Below, piece after piece: positions 14,090 to 27,502 of a DNA stretch of 64,000 bases. The notes under the pieces were generated by a model. It made no database searches. It was not told the origin of the DNA and worked only from the letters and a program-made list of their open reading frames with translations. Position numbers and translations under genes: made by a program. Each line of letters begins with the position of its first letter. The first letter of the stretch is position 1. This DNA comes from Trichoplax adhaerens (lineage: Eukaryota; Animalia; Placozoa), in the NCBI RefSeq assembly GCF_000150275.1, contig NW_002060951.1, positions 250,775 through 314,774 of the forward strand. The letters are read 5' to 3'.

Positions 14090-14366
14090 TAGCAAGCATA
14101 AGCAAGTTTCAAATAGAAAGTGTCTAGTCTAATGGTATAGCAAGCATAAGCAAGTTTCAAATAGAAAGTGTCTAGTCTAATGGTATAGCAAGTACAAGCG
14201 AGTTTCAAATAGAAAGTGTCTAGTCTAATGGTATAGCAAGCATAAGCAAGTTTCAAATAGAAAGTGTCTAGTCTAATGGTATAGCAAGCATAAGCAAGTT
14301 TCAAATAGAAAGTGTCTAGTCTAATGGTATAGCAAGCATAAGCAAGTTTCAAAGAGAAAGTGTCTA
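14090..14366. repeat. Minisatellite, 48-bp unit x ~5.7
   Basis: Unit tagcaagcataagcaagtttcaaatagaaagtgtctagtctaatggta repeated near-identically. It explains the repetitive ORF 14080..14352. Confidence 0.97.
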
Positions 14367-14637
14367 ATCAATGTATTATACCGAAGAATATGAATGGAAC
14401 ACAATACTATGAAAATATCCCTAAAGAAGCTAATTATCTTTTAGTTCTTTCTCGTTACCAAAATGTCATAAAAAAATGTTCATAACTGGAAAAATTTGAT
14501 CTACCTATTCTTCAATAATGCAATAAAACTAATTCACAATCGATCCTATTATCCCTCAGAATTTCAACGACAAAGTTGACCCATTACGACTAATTTTCTT
14601 TAAAATTTTGGCCATTCTAGGCGTATCAAGGGTATTC

Positions 14638-14872
14638 ATGTACAGTACACTGCACAGTATTGTGCTGTACAGTATAATAGTGTACTGTACAGTACAGTAC
14701 GATAGTGTACAGTACATACTGTACTGTACTGTACCGGTTATCAACATTACTGTACCAGTACTGTACAGTACTGTAGGACTGTAAAGCAGGAGCACAAAGT
14801 ACTGTACACTGTACAGTATGGGTTTTTCACTGTACAGTACTGCAAAGAAGCTACACCGAGTACAGTACCGTA
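14638..14872. promoter_or_regulatory. GTACT/GTACA array cluster upstream of TTC39
   Basis: Dense array ending ~100 bp before the ATG at 14975. Confidence 0.65.
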
Positions 14873-14974
14873 TATAGCCACACCTATGTCGCTCTGCCCT
14901 TCTTGTTAGTAAAGTCAACCATTGGCCGCTAGCGCTTTCTAAAGTGAGAGAGTAAAAATTGATCGATTTTCTTC

Positions 14975-17900
14975 ATGGCTTCTCCATCTTCTTCATCATC
15001 TTCATTGTAAGTTGACCATTGCTGCATGCCCATTTTAGTCTATAGTCTATTTTATGCAAGGTTAATTACTACTTGGATTTGGTAGTCTTTAATGGACACT
15101 GGACATATCACACGATTGTACCGTACACGCTATAGAGTTGGAGGGTTAATTCATTGTTGTAAGATGCAGTCTGCCACTGTCGCAATTTTTGTTCAATGAT
15201 GATATATTTCATGGCCGTATTTCATCCTATTCTAGGTTAGATACGATCTACAAAGATCGTTATGAATGATACTAAAAGAGTGATTGTGTGAACTCTACTC
15301 ATTGCATACTGTTGACGTTAAATGAAAGGTGGAAATCATTCCATTTTACTGCTAGTATCCTAGTCTACCCGAGTCAATGTCATTTGCCACTGCCTTTCAC
15401 TTGAAGAAAATAAATAAAAAAATGAAATCGCTTTTACACTTTCTTCAGAGTTAATCTACATGCCTGCTAGAATAGAATACTTGGGCCTTATATTATGCAG
15501 ATAATAGACTATACAACAGTAGAAACGAAATGACAGTTCAGTGTCGTTTTGATGTCCTGTCTATTAACCAATGATAAAAATAAAATTTAGCCTATTATTC
15601 CTGATAACTAGTCAAGAATTTTAACCATCATAACATCATAATGGACGATAATCATTATAATAATACTTTATCGTGGTTAAATTAATAAATATCGTAATCT
15701 GATAGTTTACATCAACATTCCTTCAAAATTTTCTTGCAATGAGTTTAATTCTACCAATTATAATTATCAATTTGAATCATGTTAGGCATAGAATTGTTGA
15801 AAAGGCTTGTTTATCATGACTGGTTGCCGGCATTTGACCAGACAGATAATAGTATGATATTATCTATCTGCCCTGTGCAGTATGAGACACCCTTTCCCCT
15901 TCACGGTCAAATTAGACAAGGACAGAACTGTATAAGCAGGATCGTCCATTAATTAATTATTAATTCTTTGACTTTCGCCAGTAAAACTCAATCTGTCTAA
16001 TCTGGAATGGGCGTTGAATATTGGACGTGTATCTACTGTAATATCCAAGTAGGAAGGTTTTCTCTACTATTAGCGTAGTACTTACTGTATTAGGTTAGAC
16101 TTGACTAACTTTCAAAGATATTATTTTTAGTTGAATCGCAATCTCGATTAATGGAAATCGAAGGACAATGCCCTAACTCTTTTCTTTTCAAAGGCTTATG
16201 ATTGCATATTTTACTAGCTGTTGTAGTGTTTATTTATACGTTATTCGAGCATAGAATAAAAGGATGTGCTGTTGTGATCGAGAGATATCATACTGTAGAA
16301 TAAAAAATTCAATGATAATTATAGATTGATAGTTTGACTCATGTAGATAGAATAGATATTCAATATCGTAGTACTGTACAATATAATGAAAAACTTTAGC
16401 CTTGACGCTCTACAACATGGATGATAGTTTTTTAGTTTTAAAAGTTTATCGTACTACTTTCTTGCTACCTCATCTACCTTATCTAACTTATCATTCATCA
16501 CGATGCGACTACAGTATTTTTATCAAATGCACTTTCTCTCTGTTCATCGTGTATAGAGAACACTTGGGAGATCATAAGAGTTTATGGAAATGAATCTGTT
16601 ACATTGAGCTATAGATGATTAGAAAGGTCTACTAGTATATAGTATACTGCCTCATGATCATTTCATCATTTGAATTAGCGTAAAATGTCTTCATCATCAG
16701 CAATTAATGACTCATTTGATAATCATTATTAATGACGGGCGCGGATACTGTATATGGATACCCTTTAATGGGCTAACTTTCATCTTAGGAAAACGATGGA
16801 GTTCTTAATTTTATTCCAAGTGTTGTCCACCAACTGTTAATAACGATGCACTATGCAGCATACTTGTATCCTACTATTACAGTAATGATAATTATTATTA
16901 CAGGGGTAATTTTGCCAACAGTGTTATCGTGATCAAGCCGACTTTTACACTAAATTTTCTTTATAATTGTTTAAAAGTTGGAAAAAAATTTGGATCAAGC
17001 GTATTAGTCTAATGCACTTGATCCAAAAATTGAATGTCCTAAATGTATCAGACTGAACGTGAGCATCCTTTCCTTGTTTGTACATTTACTCTAATAGTAT
17101 AGCACTATCATTTCGACAATAACTTAATCAATTCGAGGTAGGAATTACAGATTGGTAATTCCCACTGAAGTAACTGCGTACGGGACGATTCTATTTCTCC
17201 ACCCACACTTTCGCTTTCGGAAAGCCAAAGACAGCGCAATCTTAATACTGTTGTGTGAAACTGGATATATTTGCAGATGGATACTACAGTAGGCGTACAA
17301 TGTATAGTATGCGAATATCTACAAAAAAATGCATTGCCCGTAGTGAATGAACTTTAGGTGTAGTAGACTGATATTATACTGGGTTGATGATCTCGATTCG
17401 AGAATTTAAAAATAATAAATAAATAGCCTATTGAATATTACTTCCGAACTTTCTTAACGGTTTTTGACGAATAGATGCATTTATTTAAACTCTTTTTCAA
17501 TAGTCTTATATACCATAATGTGAAGTATTAATGAGATTAGTCGCGTTCGTCTGTAGGGATAGGGAAATGCTAATCAATATTCTTAATCAGTAGAATGTGT
17601 CCTAATAATCAACCTCTACGAGTCTTGGTGTACTTGTGGCTAGCTAAAATACGAAAATAATAAATGACACGGTTAACCTTCCACTTCTACTGCTTCCTAA
17701 TCATAGTTATGATAAATAGGATCAAGTTCTTACACTAGATGTCATCCTGTACTTTTTCTATAAAAAATTTGGAGGGTATACGTTTTACATAACATAAGTG
17801 CGGTATTCTTATGCAATGTAATGAAGCCCGTCTAGAATTAGTCAATGATTTGATATCTTGTGTTTTACTAGTTGACTATTAGATCATGTCTGAAATAACA

Positions 17901-20900
17901 CATACTTCACAAATATAAAACAGTCTTTATATCAATAGATAGCAGATAATAAATATTGAGAGGACTAACAATATTTGTGTAATCATATAAATTATTCTTT
18001 TATAACGTATTATTGTGATTGATCTATTGCTGTACTACTGTATATCGTTCTATATTGTTAAATTTTACAGTTATTCATTGCGATAACTTTTTTGCGGTAT
18101 ATTTTAATTGATTCCCAATATACGTAAATTGTAAATGTACGAATTAATGTATAGAAAGGTAGTTCATGTACTGTACGTTAATTATAAATAATAGTTCTAC
18201 TAGTACAGTGACTTTTAGGGGTGTTTACGCTTTGTTGCATTGTTGTGAAATTAGAACAGCAATAGTAAGCTGCCGCTGTACTACTGTTATTGACGAGTAT
18301 ACCAAATAGCGCTCAATTTATTGCGATATAACACTTATTTTTAATAAATCTATTTTTTCTTCTTCATTTAGAAATGATAATGAAGATGATCTTGATATAA
18401 CGTTAGAACAAGCTACCCAGGAAACTGCAAGAGCGTTGGATCTATGCTTTAATAACAAATTTAAAGAAGCAGAAATTATGCTGAAGCCAAGGTTAAACTT
18501 GATGATGTGATCGTTTATTCAATAGTCAGTTAATGGATTAAAGTTTTAATTGATGCTAATAATTACTACAGTACTGCATTATGAAATTAGTTATTATTAC
18601 AACATTCAATTCATACATAGTTAATTAATTTGGGAGTTATATATTGTTCTAAAGTCATAGTCGATATCGTTCGCCATATCTGATTGGTATAACGCACTTA
18701 AATTGAATTTTTGTTGTCGAATGGGCAGCACATTAATGAGTCTACTTGTATTCGGCGTAACAATTGCACGTAATGCGCGGTTCCAACTTAGTAACTCGGT
18801 GTAGAGCTATCATCCAGGATTCTAATTACTAAAATTAAGATCAGCCTTACTGTATGTAGCAAATTTTTGCTATCGTGGTGTACGCACATTCATGGATTGC
18901 GGGTAGTAATCATATTCTGTGTATATAGGTATAGCGGTCTGTGGCATAGGTATTTAGCAGAATACATGAGTATTTATAACGTGTGACGTATTACCTTTCT
19001 TAACAAATTCCAATCTAGAATTAACTAGAGATGGAATTATGTGTGAACGGTGTATTTATCTAACACTTATAATTGCTTGATTTTGTACTTTTAGTATAGT
19101 TATTATCTTATCTAGAAAGTAGCTTTGTATTATTTAGATTACTATAATATTAAAAGTAACTATGAAAGAGATATTGGATAGATTAAAATAATGCCTTGCG
19201 TTCTCCATGTTTACTTCAATTTTATTTTCGGCGCTGGATTTATTAAACTACTAATTTATTAATTAATAGGTCCGAGACCAGTATGTATCATGCTTTAAGT
19301 TATGGGACTATAATGAATATACAAGCAATGATGACTTTTCAACAGGTAAGAAATGGTAGTAAAGTCTCTGTTGTTTCAGTTTGCCTATACATCTTATAAT
19401 ATCATTTCAAGTGTACATATGACTAATTTTAGAAGATATTTTTTGTGCGTATAGTTATGTGTATCAATAGTTAACCTTACAGTAAGAAGCAATTCTCACA
19501 CCTCTGTATTATATCTTTGTAAGCGGACTCTTTCAAGTACTACTTGAGCGCTGATATAATAACTGCTATAATCTCTGAAGTTTGACTGGACTAATTTTAT
19601 GGACACTATATATTATAGCTGGAAATTTGGCTTAATTTAATCTATAATGGGTTGTTAGTACGACGGAAGGGGTTGAATTATGGAATACCTAATATCCGCT
19701 AGTCATATCGTTATACCGTATTACTCGAACATTTTTAAGTGCATTTTAATGTAGGTGAACATACCCGGAAACACTACCACAAATGTCTTAGTTTGGTTAT
19801 TATTCAAATTAGTATATCATTTTTTTTATCGAGATATACTATAGTATTTCGTAAAGCTATTCAATTTATCAACATAGTGCTACGAGTCTAAAGTCATTTA
19901 CGATTTGTTAAAGGTTATTGTGGTCCATTTGGTATTATTGTAGTACTGTTACGACCGTTAAATGTATTTTAATTCGTAAAGATATTTTCAAAGATATTGT
20001 CAAAGATATTTTACACCGTTTCAAAAAAAATTAATTGGCTAATTAAAGAAGAGCAATATGCCATGATAAAATATAGAGCAAATGCGAAATCGTACATGTT
20101 TTAACTTGCTGATGCTTCTTAACAAATTATATTATTGTTATTAAGTCTATTACACAATGCAAAATATGTATAAAAATAGAACATTTGTAGCTACAATAGT
20201 ATAATTTCATATTGTATCAAATGTCAACTAGCATATATCGTAGGTAATTAGAAAACTTTACGTCGAGAGATTTGAATTCTTAAAGATTAATTAATTGATT
20301 TTTTAATTATTTCGTTGATAAAACCTATATTCGACGAGCTAGCTTATCATAAAAAGATTGTACGATATCATCAGAAGGTTAGATAGATTGTTAAAAGTAG
20401 TCATACTTGCGTTACAATTAAGTATTAATTAGGTCTTAATGATCAATTTAAGTTTTCATATTCCTTTTATTTCAAGTATTTTCGTTAACTACTCAGGCTT
20501 CGATGATGCTGTAAATTATTCGTAAAGTGATTAGTTTTTTCTCCAAACAAATAAATTTCTGTTATATTACATTCGCTTGCTCTATTTCTGTTTTTTTACG
20601 AAACATTTTTGACGTTGATTTGATTGCAGTTTACAAAATTATGTAATGAAACATATGCTTTCTTTGTTAAATATTACTGAGTGTAATAACAGCGGTTACT
20701 ATTATAAATATTAAATTTTAATCCAATATTTTTTGATTATTATATATATAATTCAATGGGAAACTCTTACTGGTGATGAATGACGATATTTAGTAATAAT
20801 TATGATGAAATGATGTAATATCGCTATTCCTTAATTGACTAATTCAGGAGGATATAATCTTGGCCAATAAAGTTCTTAAGAGTGCCGTTCGACTTTGCAA

Positions 20901-23900
20901 TAGGTAACATATTTTAAATTTCATTATACATTTTTCACCTGCAGTAAGGTTTTGTACTCTGTAAGTTGTAGTTGCATGAAGCATATTGGTAACGTAAATA
21001 TAAACTATCAGAGATTGAGTTGAATATAAAATAGGATGTTGCATAATTTGGCTAGTAGATAATGTCTCCGAGCTAGAGTATATCCCTTTAGCAGATAATT
21101 ATTTTTGTAGATTTCGTCATAAGGAATCCTTTGTAGGATCTGTTGTTAATATCGCCAGAAAGAAAACATATGAAAATTATTCCGATGGTAACTTTCGTAC
21201 TAATTAGATTGACATTTTCATAATTTACTGTAGCTCTCTGAGGTACTATTTCGCAAAGAAATAGCATCTTGATCAAATATGTCATCAATTTTTGCAAATT
21301 TTTTGATTTGATTACAGTTGAAATTCATGCCGAATTATGTTACGCGGAATGCCTATTACAACGTGCCATACTCACATTTATCCAGGTTTGTCACATCTTG
21401 ATGCGTATGAAAAACTTTCGTCGAAATTTGTAGTAATAAATCAAATATCTTTGTCTAAAATATAACTTTGATAGTTTCGTTAACTACCAAAGTTAAATTT
21501 GTTATTTTCTTGTCTACTTCATTACCCTTGAATAGGATGAAACCTTAATGAGTTTTATCAAAGGAGGAATTAAAATAAGGAATTGTTATTCATCTTATAA
21601 GTAAGTCTTCAAAGGAATCTATTTTATCGCTTTAATGATTATCTCAAATTAGTTTTGATTGAAATACAATTTTTTCTGCCGTTACGTTTCACAAAATATC
21701 AGATTTGTGTGTAATAACATGTTAAACTCTGTTTCTATAGGGAGTGTATGCATATTTTGAAAGTCCGTAAAAATGGCACCGACCATAATTTAGATAGCAA
21801 TTATAAGAGCGGTGTCCATCTAGGAATAGGCGCCTTCAATTTGGTAAATAGATGAAGTATAGGCTTGCTAATGTATAGCTGTGGTATTACTTAGATGTTA
21901 GGCTTTTGCTGTCTTCAGAAGTCCAAACTGTTAAATTTGTTCTAGATTATATGTACTCTTGCTACATACTCGATGCTCTTCGGTATACAGTATTAGTATC
22001 TCATGAGTTTATTCACTTTTGATCTTGTCCTTTTGTCATGGTAGATGATTTCTATGCTTCCGAATCGGATAAAGAGTTTATTAGAACTGATTGGATTCTC
22101 AGGGGATAAGGCGATCTAACTCTAGCAAAATCATTAGCACGCTTTCTACAATAATGCTTAACTAATGGCCGATAAAATGCTGGCTAACGAAGCTGCTATA
22201 CTATATATTTAGGATTTAGGATTGCGAGAATTAAATTTAGGTTCCAACTGCCATAGCTTGCGCTCACCTCTTTGCTCGATGATAACTGTAACATATCATA
22301 CATTAATAACTTTTGTACTCGGTTAGTGAATCTATTTGCTGCGATATATATTATTTAATTAGCTAACAGATTTAACTGTTTATAATAGCCTAAATGTATT
22401 ACAATAATAATTTACAGCATTGGTAAGTAATGTTTATTTTGCAGCATCATAGCATAAGTCGATAATAATACCGGTCGTATTAACTTGCTTTAGGCACCGG
22501 TGAAGGAGATCTTAACTTTGCTCAAACGGTATTGCAGCCATGTTTAGCAAAATATCCTGAGGTTAGATTCTACTTTTTAGGTTGACAAGACTGTGCTAAC
22601 GACTAAATTTACGTGATGAAACTTCTTACTTCAAGTTTATTGGAACTTACTATAACTGAGTTATAACTGATCTGCTCTTATCGAATTAAATTGTTAAACC
22701 CATAGGCTGCTCTATTTTTGTATTTTGCTGGTCGACTCCATCTTGTCAAAGGAGATATTGATAAGGTACAACGTTAGCCAGTTATGTTATTGTTTTTCGA
22801 GTCTTACTGGACACTATTCTACTAACTATTTATTTTAAAGAAAGTATAAATTTGGAAATCTAATTATTATTGTATCAGGCCATCGCATATTTTCATGATT
22901 CAATCAATTCTCAAGATCAATGGAAGCAACTACATCATGTTTGCTATTGGGAACTATTTTGGTGCAGCTGGTCAGATATTTTAATTTAAGATTTATGCTT
23001 TCATGGCTAACATTTTTCAACGGCTAGTAAATAACACTTTATATCTCTTTTCTTTATTCACACGTAGTTTCAGGTTTGAATGGCGAGAAGCAGCGAATTA
23101 CGCAGAAATTTTATACAATGAAAGTAGATGGTCAAAGGTTAGGCCCTGAAATTGATATTCGAGAAATGAATTACATTTCTAATATAATTATGAATTCACG
23201 TTCAAATCTTAAGAAACTAATATTGACATGTCTCTCCTAGGCGATGTATATGTATCAAAAGGCGGCTTGTCTCTCTATGATTCCAGAGGTGCCAGACGAA
23301 GAAACTCGAGAGTTGTTTTTGTACGTAGCAAATTGATAGATTCTGTGAAAAAGTAATTCTTTTGCATTAAATTCTTTACAAAATTTTTGTTTACAGGAAG
23401 GTACCATCATTGAAGCAGCGAATTGCTGGAAAGTCAGTTCCGGTGGAGAAATTTGTCATCCGTAAATCACGAAAGTATGTAAACGATCCTAATGGAAAGT
23501 TGCCCTTTCCCGCCGTTGTAAGTAGAAATAACGTTACGTCGAGATATATTATGAATTTGATAGCATACTGAATACTTAAAGTTAAAAGTATGCCTTAATT
23601 CTTATTGTCGATCTGTAATATCAAGGAATTACTATATGCCTGGAATACGTTCCTAATGATTCGAAGCAATAAAGAAATAATTAAACAATTTTTGGACCTT
23701 ACCGAGAATGTCTTAGAAGAGATTGAGAAAACAAGTGGTATGACCATTTATCCACCTAACTGGAAACGTTATCTGCGACATGACTAACATTTTAGCATTA
23801 ATTAACCTAGGGAGTAATAGATTATATGTGGATGAATGGTGCCTAGGAAAGTTAGTACAAGGAGTTTGCTTTCGTTATTTAGAACAAGAAGGTGAAGCGG

Positions 23901-24384
23901 TTAAATGTTTTGTAGCAATTAAAGAAAGGTATGAAATGCGATAAACGTGTATGTTAATTAACTTATGCAAAAAGTGAATGAGCTAGCAGATTAATTGTTA
24001 TATATACTGTATTGTAATATTGTGACAGGGAAGACGATATAGTTTTAGATCACTACGTTGCTGCATATTCATATGTTGAATGGGCTATGATATACTTCAG
24101 TAATGGTCAGTACAATCAAGCTAAAAAGAAATTGGAAGAAACAAAGTAAGTTACTGTATATTGTACATTGTACTTTATAACCGTTGTCGCCTTGTGCGTA
24201 TTTTTGTATTTTTAAGTTAGAAAGAGCAAAAGAGTGTGCAAGGTTTTTAATGAGTTACTAAAATTTGCTCTATTGCTACAGAAAAAATTACAAGAATTAT
24301 TCCCTTGAAAGCCGTTTACATTTCCGTATACATTCTGCTTTAGAACAAATTAAAGCAGTTAAAAACTCTCAAAAAAAGACGTAA
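14975..24384 (+). CDS. TTC39: Tetratricopeptide repeat protein 39 (TTC39A/B-like, Iml2 family)
   Basis: First exon 14975-15006 is phase-compatible with 18372-18491 (ALDLCFNNKFKEAEIMLKPR). Then 19270-19345 (SMYHALSYGTIMNIQAMMTF), EIHAELCYAECLLQRAILTFIQ, DETLMSFIKGGIKIR, GVHLGIGAFNL, LLELIGFSGD, QWKQLHHVCYWEL, ESRWSKA, RIAGKSVPVEKF, and a last exon ending YSLESRLHFRIHSAL..T* at 24384. Confidence 0.93.
16989..17027. repeat. Short palindrome, 19-bp arms with 1-nt spacer, in TTC39 intron 1
   Basis: tttggatcaagcgtattag-t-ctaatgcacttgatccaaa (17/19 matched). Confidence 0.85.
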
Positions 24385-26864
24385 TGTCGTCTTATGTTAT
24401 CTATTATAATCTCTTAAAGGAAAGAAGAATAATAGCGATATACTGCAACATTATCAACTTTCACTTGCTCTTGTAGTACTTGCAGAATTATACTTGATGT
24501 GTCAGCTGATTACTTTGTTATTGTGCCATTCTAACCACTTCAGTAACAAATCACACTGCAAGTTAAATAAAATAAGTACATATATATATATTTTTATCGT
24601 ACGTTCGTTAACTTGACATAAATCTTAAATCTTAGTGTTACATTGTGCACTACCTGCGTCGCCAACAGATGTTCGCTAGGAAAAATTTCTCAAATTAATG
24701 ATTTGCTAAGAAATCTCTATGTAACTAATATCGTAGCAATTAGTGAATATCCTTTTATCGTTAACAAAATTATCATTTCTTTGGCCTACCGAGACGCTTT
24801 GTAATTAAGATATCACCCTCGAAATTAATTATTGAGTTGTTAGCATAATAAGCAGAGAAGAGTAATGCCTTAATTTGATTATTAGCCCTGATTGATCAAG
24901 GTATCGGTGCGCTACTAATTTTTGGCAAGGAAAATTGCTATTGCAGCAGTCAGTCAATGTTTTTCTGTTATGACAATATCTAAATTACGTTTTTTCTATT
25001 TTTAAGTCTGAAGCAGTATAATATTGAATTAATTGCATACTCTGTTATAATACCTAAATGAAAGATATGTAAGGGTATCATTACTGAATCATAATTAAAG
25101 TTCTATTAATTTTCATTTATGAGCTTTTCTGCCAGTATCAAGTCAATTCTCGCGTATATTGTCATTGCTATACTACTAAAATGCTTTAAAGCTACTTCAT
25201 AAATTCGCTTATTTATACTTTTATTTTGCTTCCTTATGATTTGATTGTTTTCATTTTATTAAGTAACTCACGAGTATAATATGTTAGATTAAGCTGTGAT
25301 TGTTGGCCTGAGAATAATTATATGAGAGTGAAGAATTATTAGATTATAGATAGGTTTGTAATGCACTTATGCGTGAAGTTTTGATTATGATGCATTGCTA
25401 GCTATTACCGACTAGACTATGAATACTTGTTGGTATAATATTGTTCATAATTTATACGTACATAAGGATGTATCATATGATCATATATTACACGTATATA
25501 TATATGTATTTATCAGATGGATGCTTTTATTTCCATGTGCAATAGATTATCCTTTAATTTCTATTATCGATTTGTTGTGTTATATCACTCGTGTATTATT
25601 AGGGTATTTATCGATTTCTAGCCCATCGATGACGTAAAGTATTAAGAAATCAAGATTGATTTCAAAGTATCGTTCTTCGTTATGCCGTTATTAACATCTT
25701 GACTGTAGGATAACAATTGCTGTGGGATGCTGCTATTTCTGTATATATTAACTGTGATTTTAGCAGTTTATTATTTTCTGTTTCGATATGGGATGTTCTT
25801 AGTTGGAAGAACTAATTTATTACGTGTTTGCGGTAACTGATTCCTTGACTGAGGTATTTGTGCTGTAAAAATGGACTGCTTTATTAGAATGTATCAGATA
25901 CGAGATCCATTTAACTGTAGGCGGTGCTCATTAATATGTATCACCTTATTTTAATGGCAAGAAATAATAAAAAAATTATCATTACCATCATGCTACGAAA
26001 TATGGTCATAATACTGTTTTATCGATTCACCTTGATTATAGAATGATTTACGAAAAGACATGATTTTGTCATTTTTAATTTCATTAGTACAGTACTGTAG
26101 TACGACTCGTAACTAATTTTATCCCGTAATCAATAAGTTGTTAGTGTCATTGGAAGGGCATGGATGTGCAATTGTGCATGCATGCATGCAAGACAAGTGA
26201 TCCTTTGTAGCAAAGACGGGAAAATGATCCGAGGCTTGTGAAGTTTCGATTGGAGAGTTAATTTGGGTCATAATCTGTTACGAGTGTATCCCGATTGCCA
26301 TGGACTTGCATTCAACCTTCATGGTTGCATTTCAATCATTCTTAGTCCATACCAACGTGATTAACTTCGATGGCAAGATGGCGTCGAAAATTTAAAGTTG
26401 CAATTTGTTACAACTCCTGCTCAAAATTGATATGTACAGGCAGGAGGATGTCTGCAGAACATGAATATGATGATAAAATAAACGTATAATACCATGCAAT
26501 AGTAAAAAAACTTGTTTTAATAGTGTATATATACAGTGATAACTGTAAGGTAAACACTAAACACTTCAGCTGCTATAATGGTCTACCAACTTGACTTAAA
26601 TGATTTCTTTATACTACACAGTACTGCAATGAGAAAATACTAAAATAATATCCAAGGTGGAATTTTAACTCCATACAGTATTCAAGTTATTCAATATCTC
26701 AATTGCAGATCCAAGAGGAGAGACTTTTGCAGTATAAACTAAAATTTATTTACAGTAAGTCATCATGGATTAGTGAACCAACTCAAGTTCTTCTTCCTCT
26801 AGTAATCCTCTACAGGTTTTGTCGAATCATGCACTGTCATGGCTACAATGCAGTTCTGGCCTAG

Positions 26865-27050
26865 CGGCCGCGGAACGGTACGGTACACTATCGGCCGCGG
26901 ACCGGTACGGTTCGTAACAGTGTACAGTACAGTACAGTACCCTGCTCCAGGACTACAGTGTACTCTACAGTCTGTACTGTAGAAAGCATTGGATACACTA
27001 CAGTACTGTACTGTACAGTGTACAGTGTACAGTACACTGACTACGACTGT
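26865..27050. promoter_or_regulatory. GC-rich palindromic motifs plus GTAC array upstream of UBE3C
   Basis: cggccgcgg twice and ggtac repeats, followed by a dense GTACA/GTACT array. It lies ~450 bp upstream of the ATG at 27503, which directly follows an acceptor, so a 5' UTR exon is likely at ~27060-27112. Confidence 0.6.
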
Positions 27051-27502
27051 AGCAGTTTTACTCATTCGTCATCACAATCGAAATTGATTGATTGATTCTT
27101 TGAAATGCCATAGGTAGAATTTGCCCAAGCGAACTTGGAGCTGTGTGGAATCCATTTCCTTTTGCAATCTCCATCCTTCTAAACGATTCAATATCAACAG
27201 CACTGGATAGTGGCAAGTCTATTTTTGTATAAATAGGATAGTGTAGATTTTATTACTTGGATCAAGAGGAGAATTTTGTTTTCCGGTGACTAGCTTTTGG
27301 ACATCGTGGATAGAAAATTGTAGACTAGCGGTTAAAGTAAGACAAAATTTTCAATCAATGACTCTTACCACGATATTACTATTGGTGATTTCAATCGATG
27401 GAAGACACAACGGAACAGAGTGTTCTTCTATCGTGTTATAGGCTTGAATGTAGACTGGTGATAGAATAATCAATTAACGCTCACTTTTATTTATCCATAG
27501 GT

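Noticed and set aside
14090-14366. CRISPR-like array or repeat protein (ORF 14080..14352)
   Set aside because: The units are head-to-tail with no unique spacers and the context is eukaryotic. The ORF is a by-product of a stop-free 48-bp unit.
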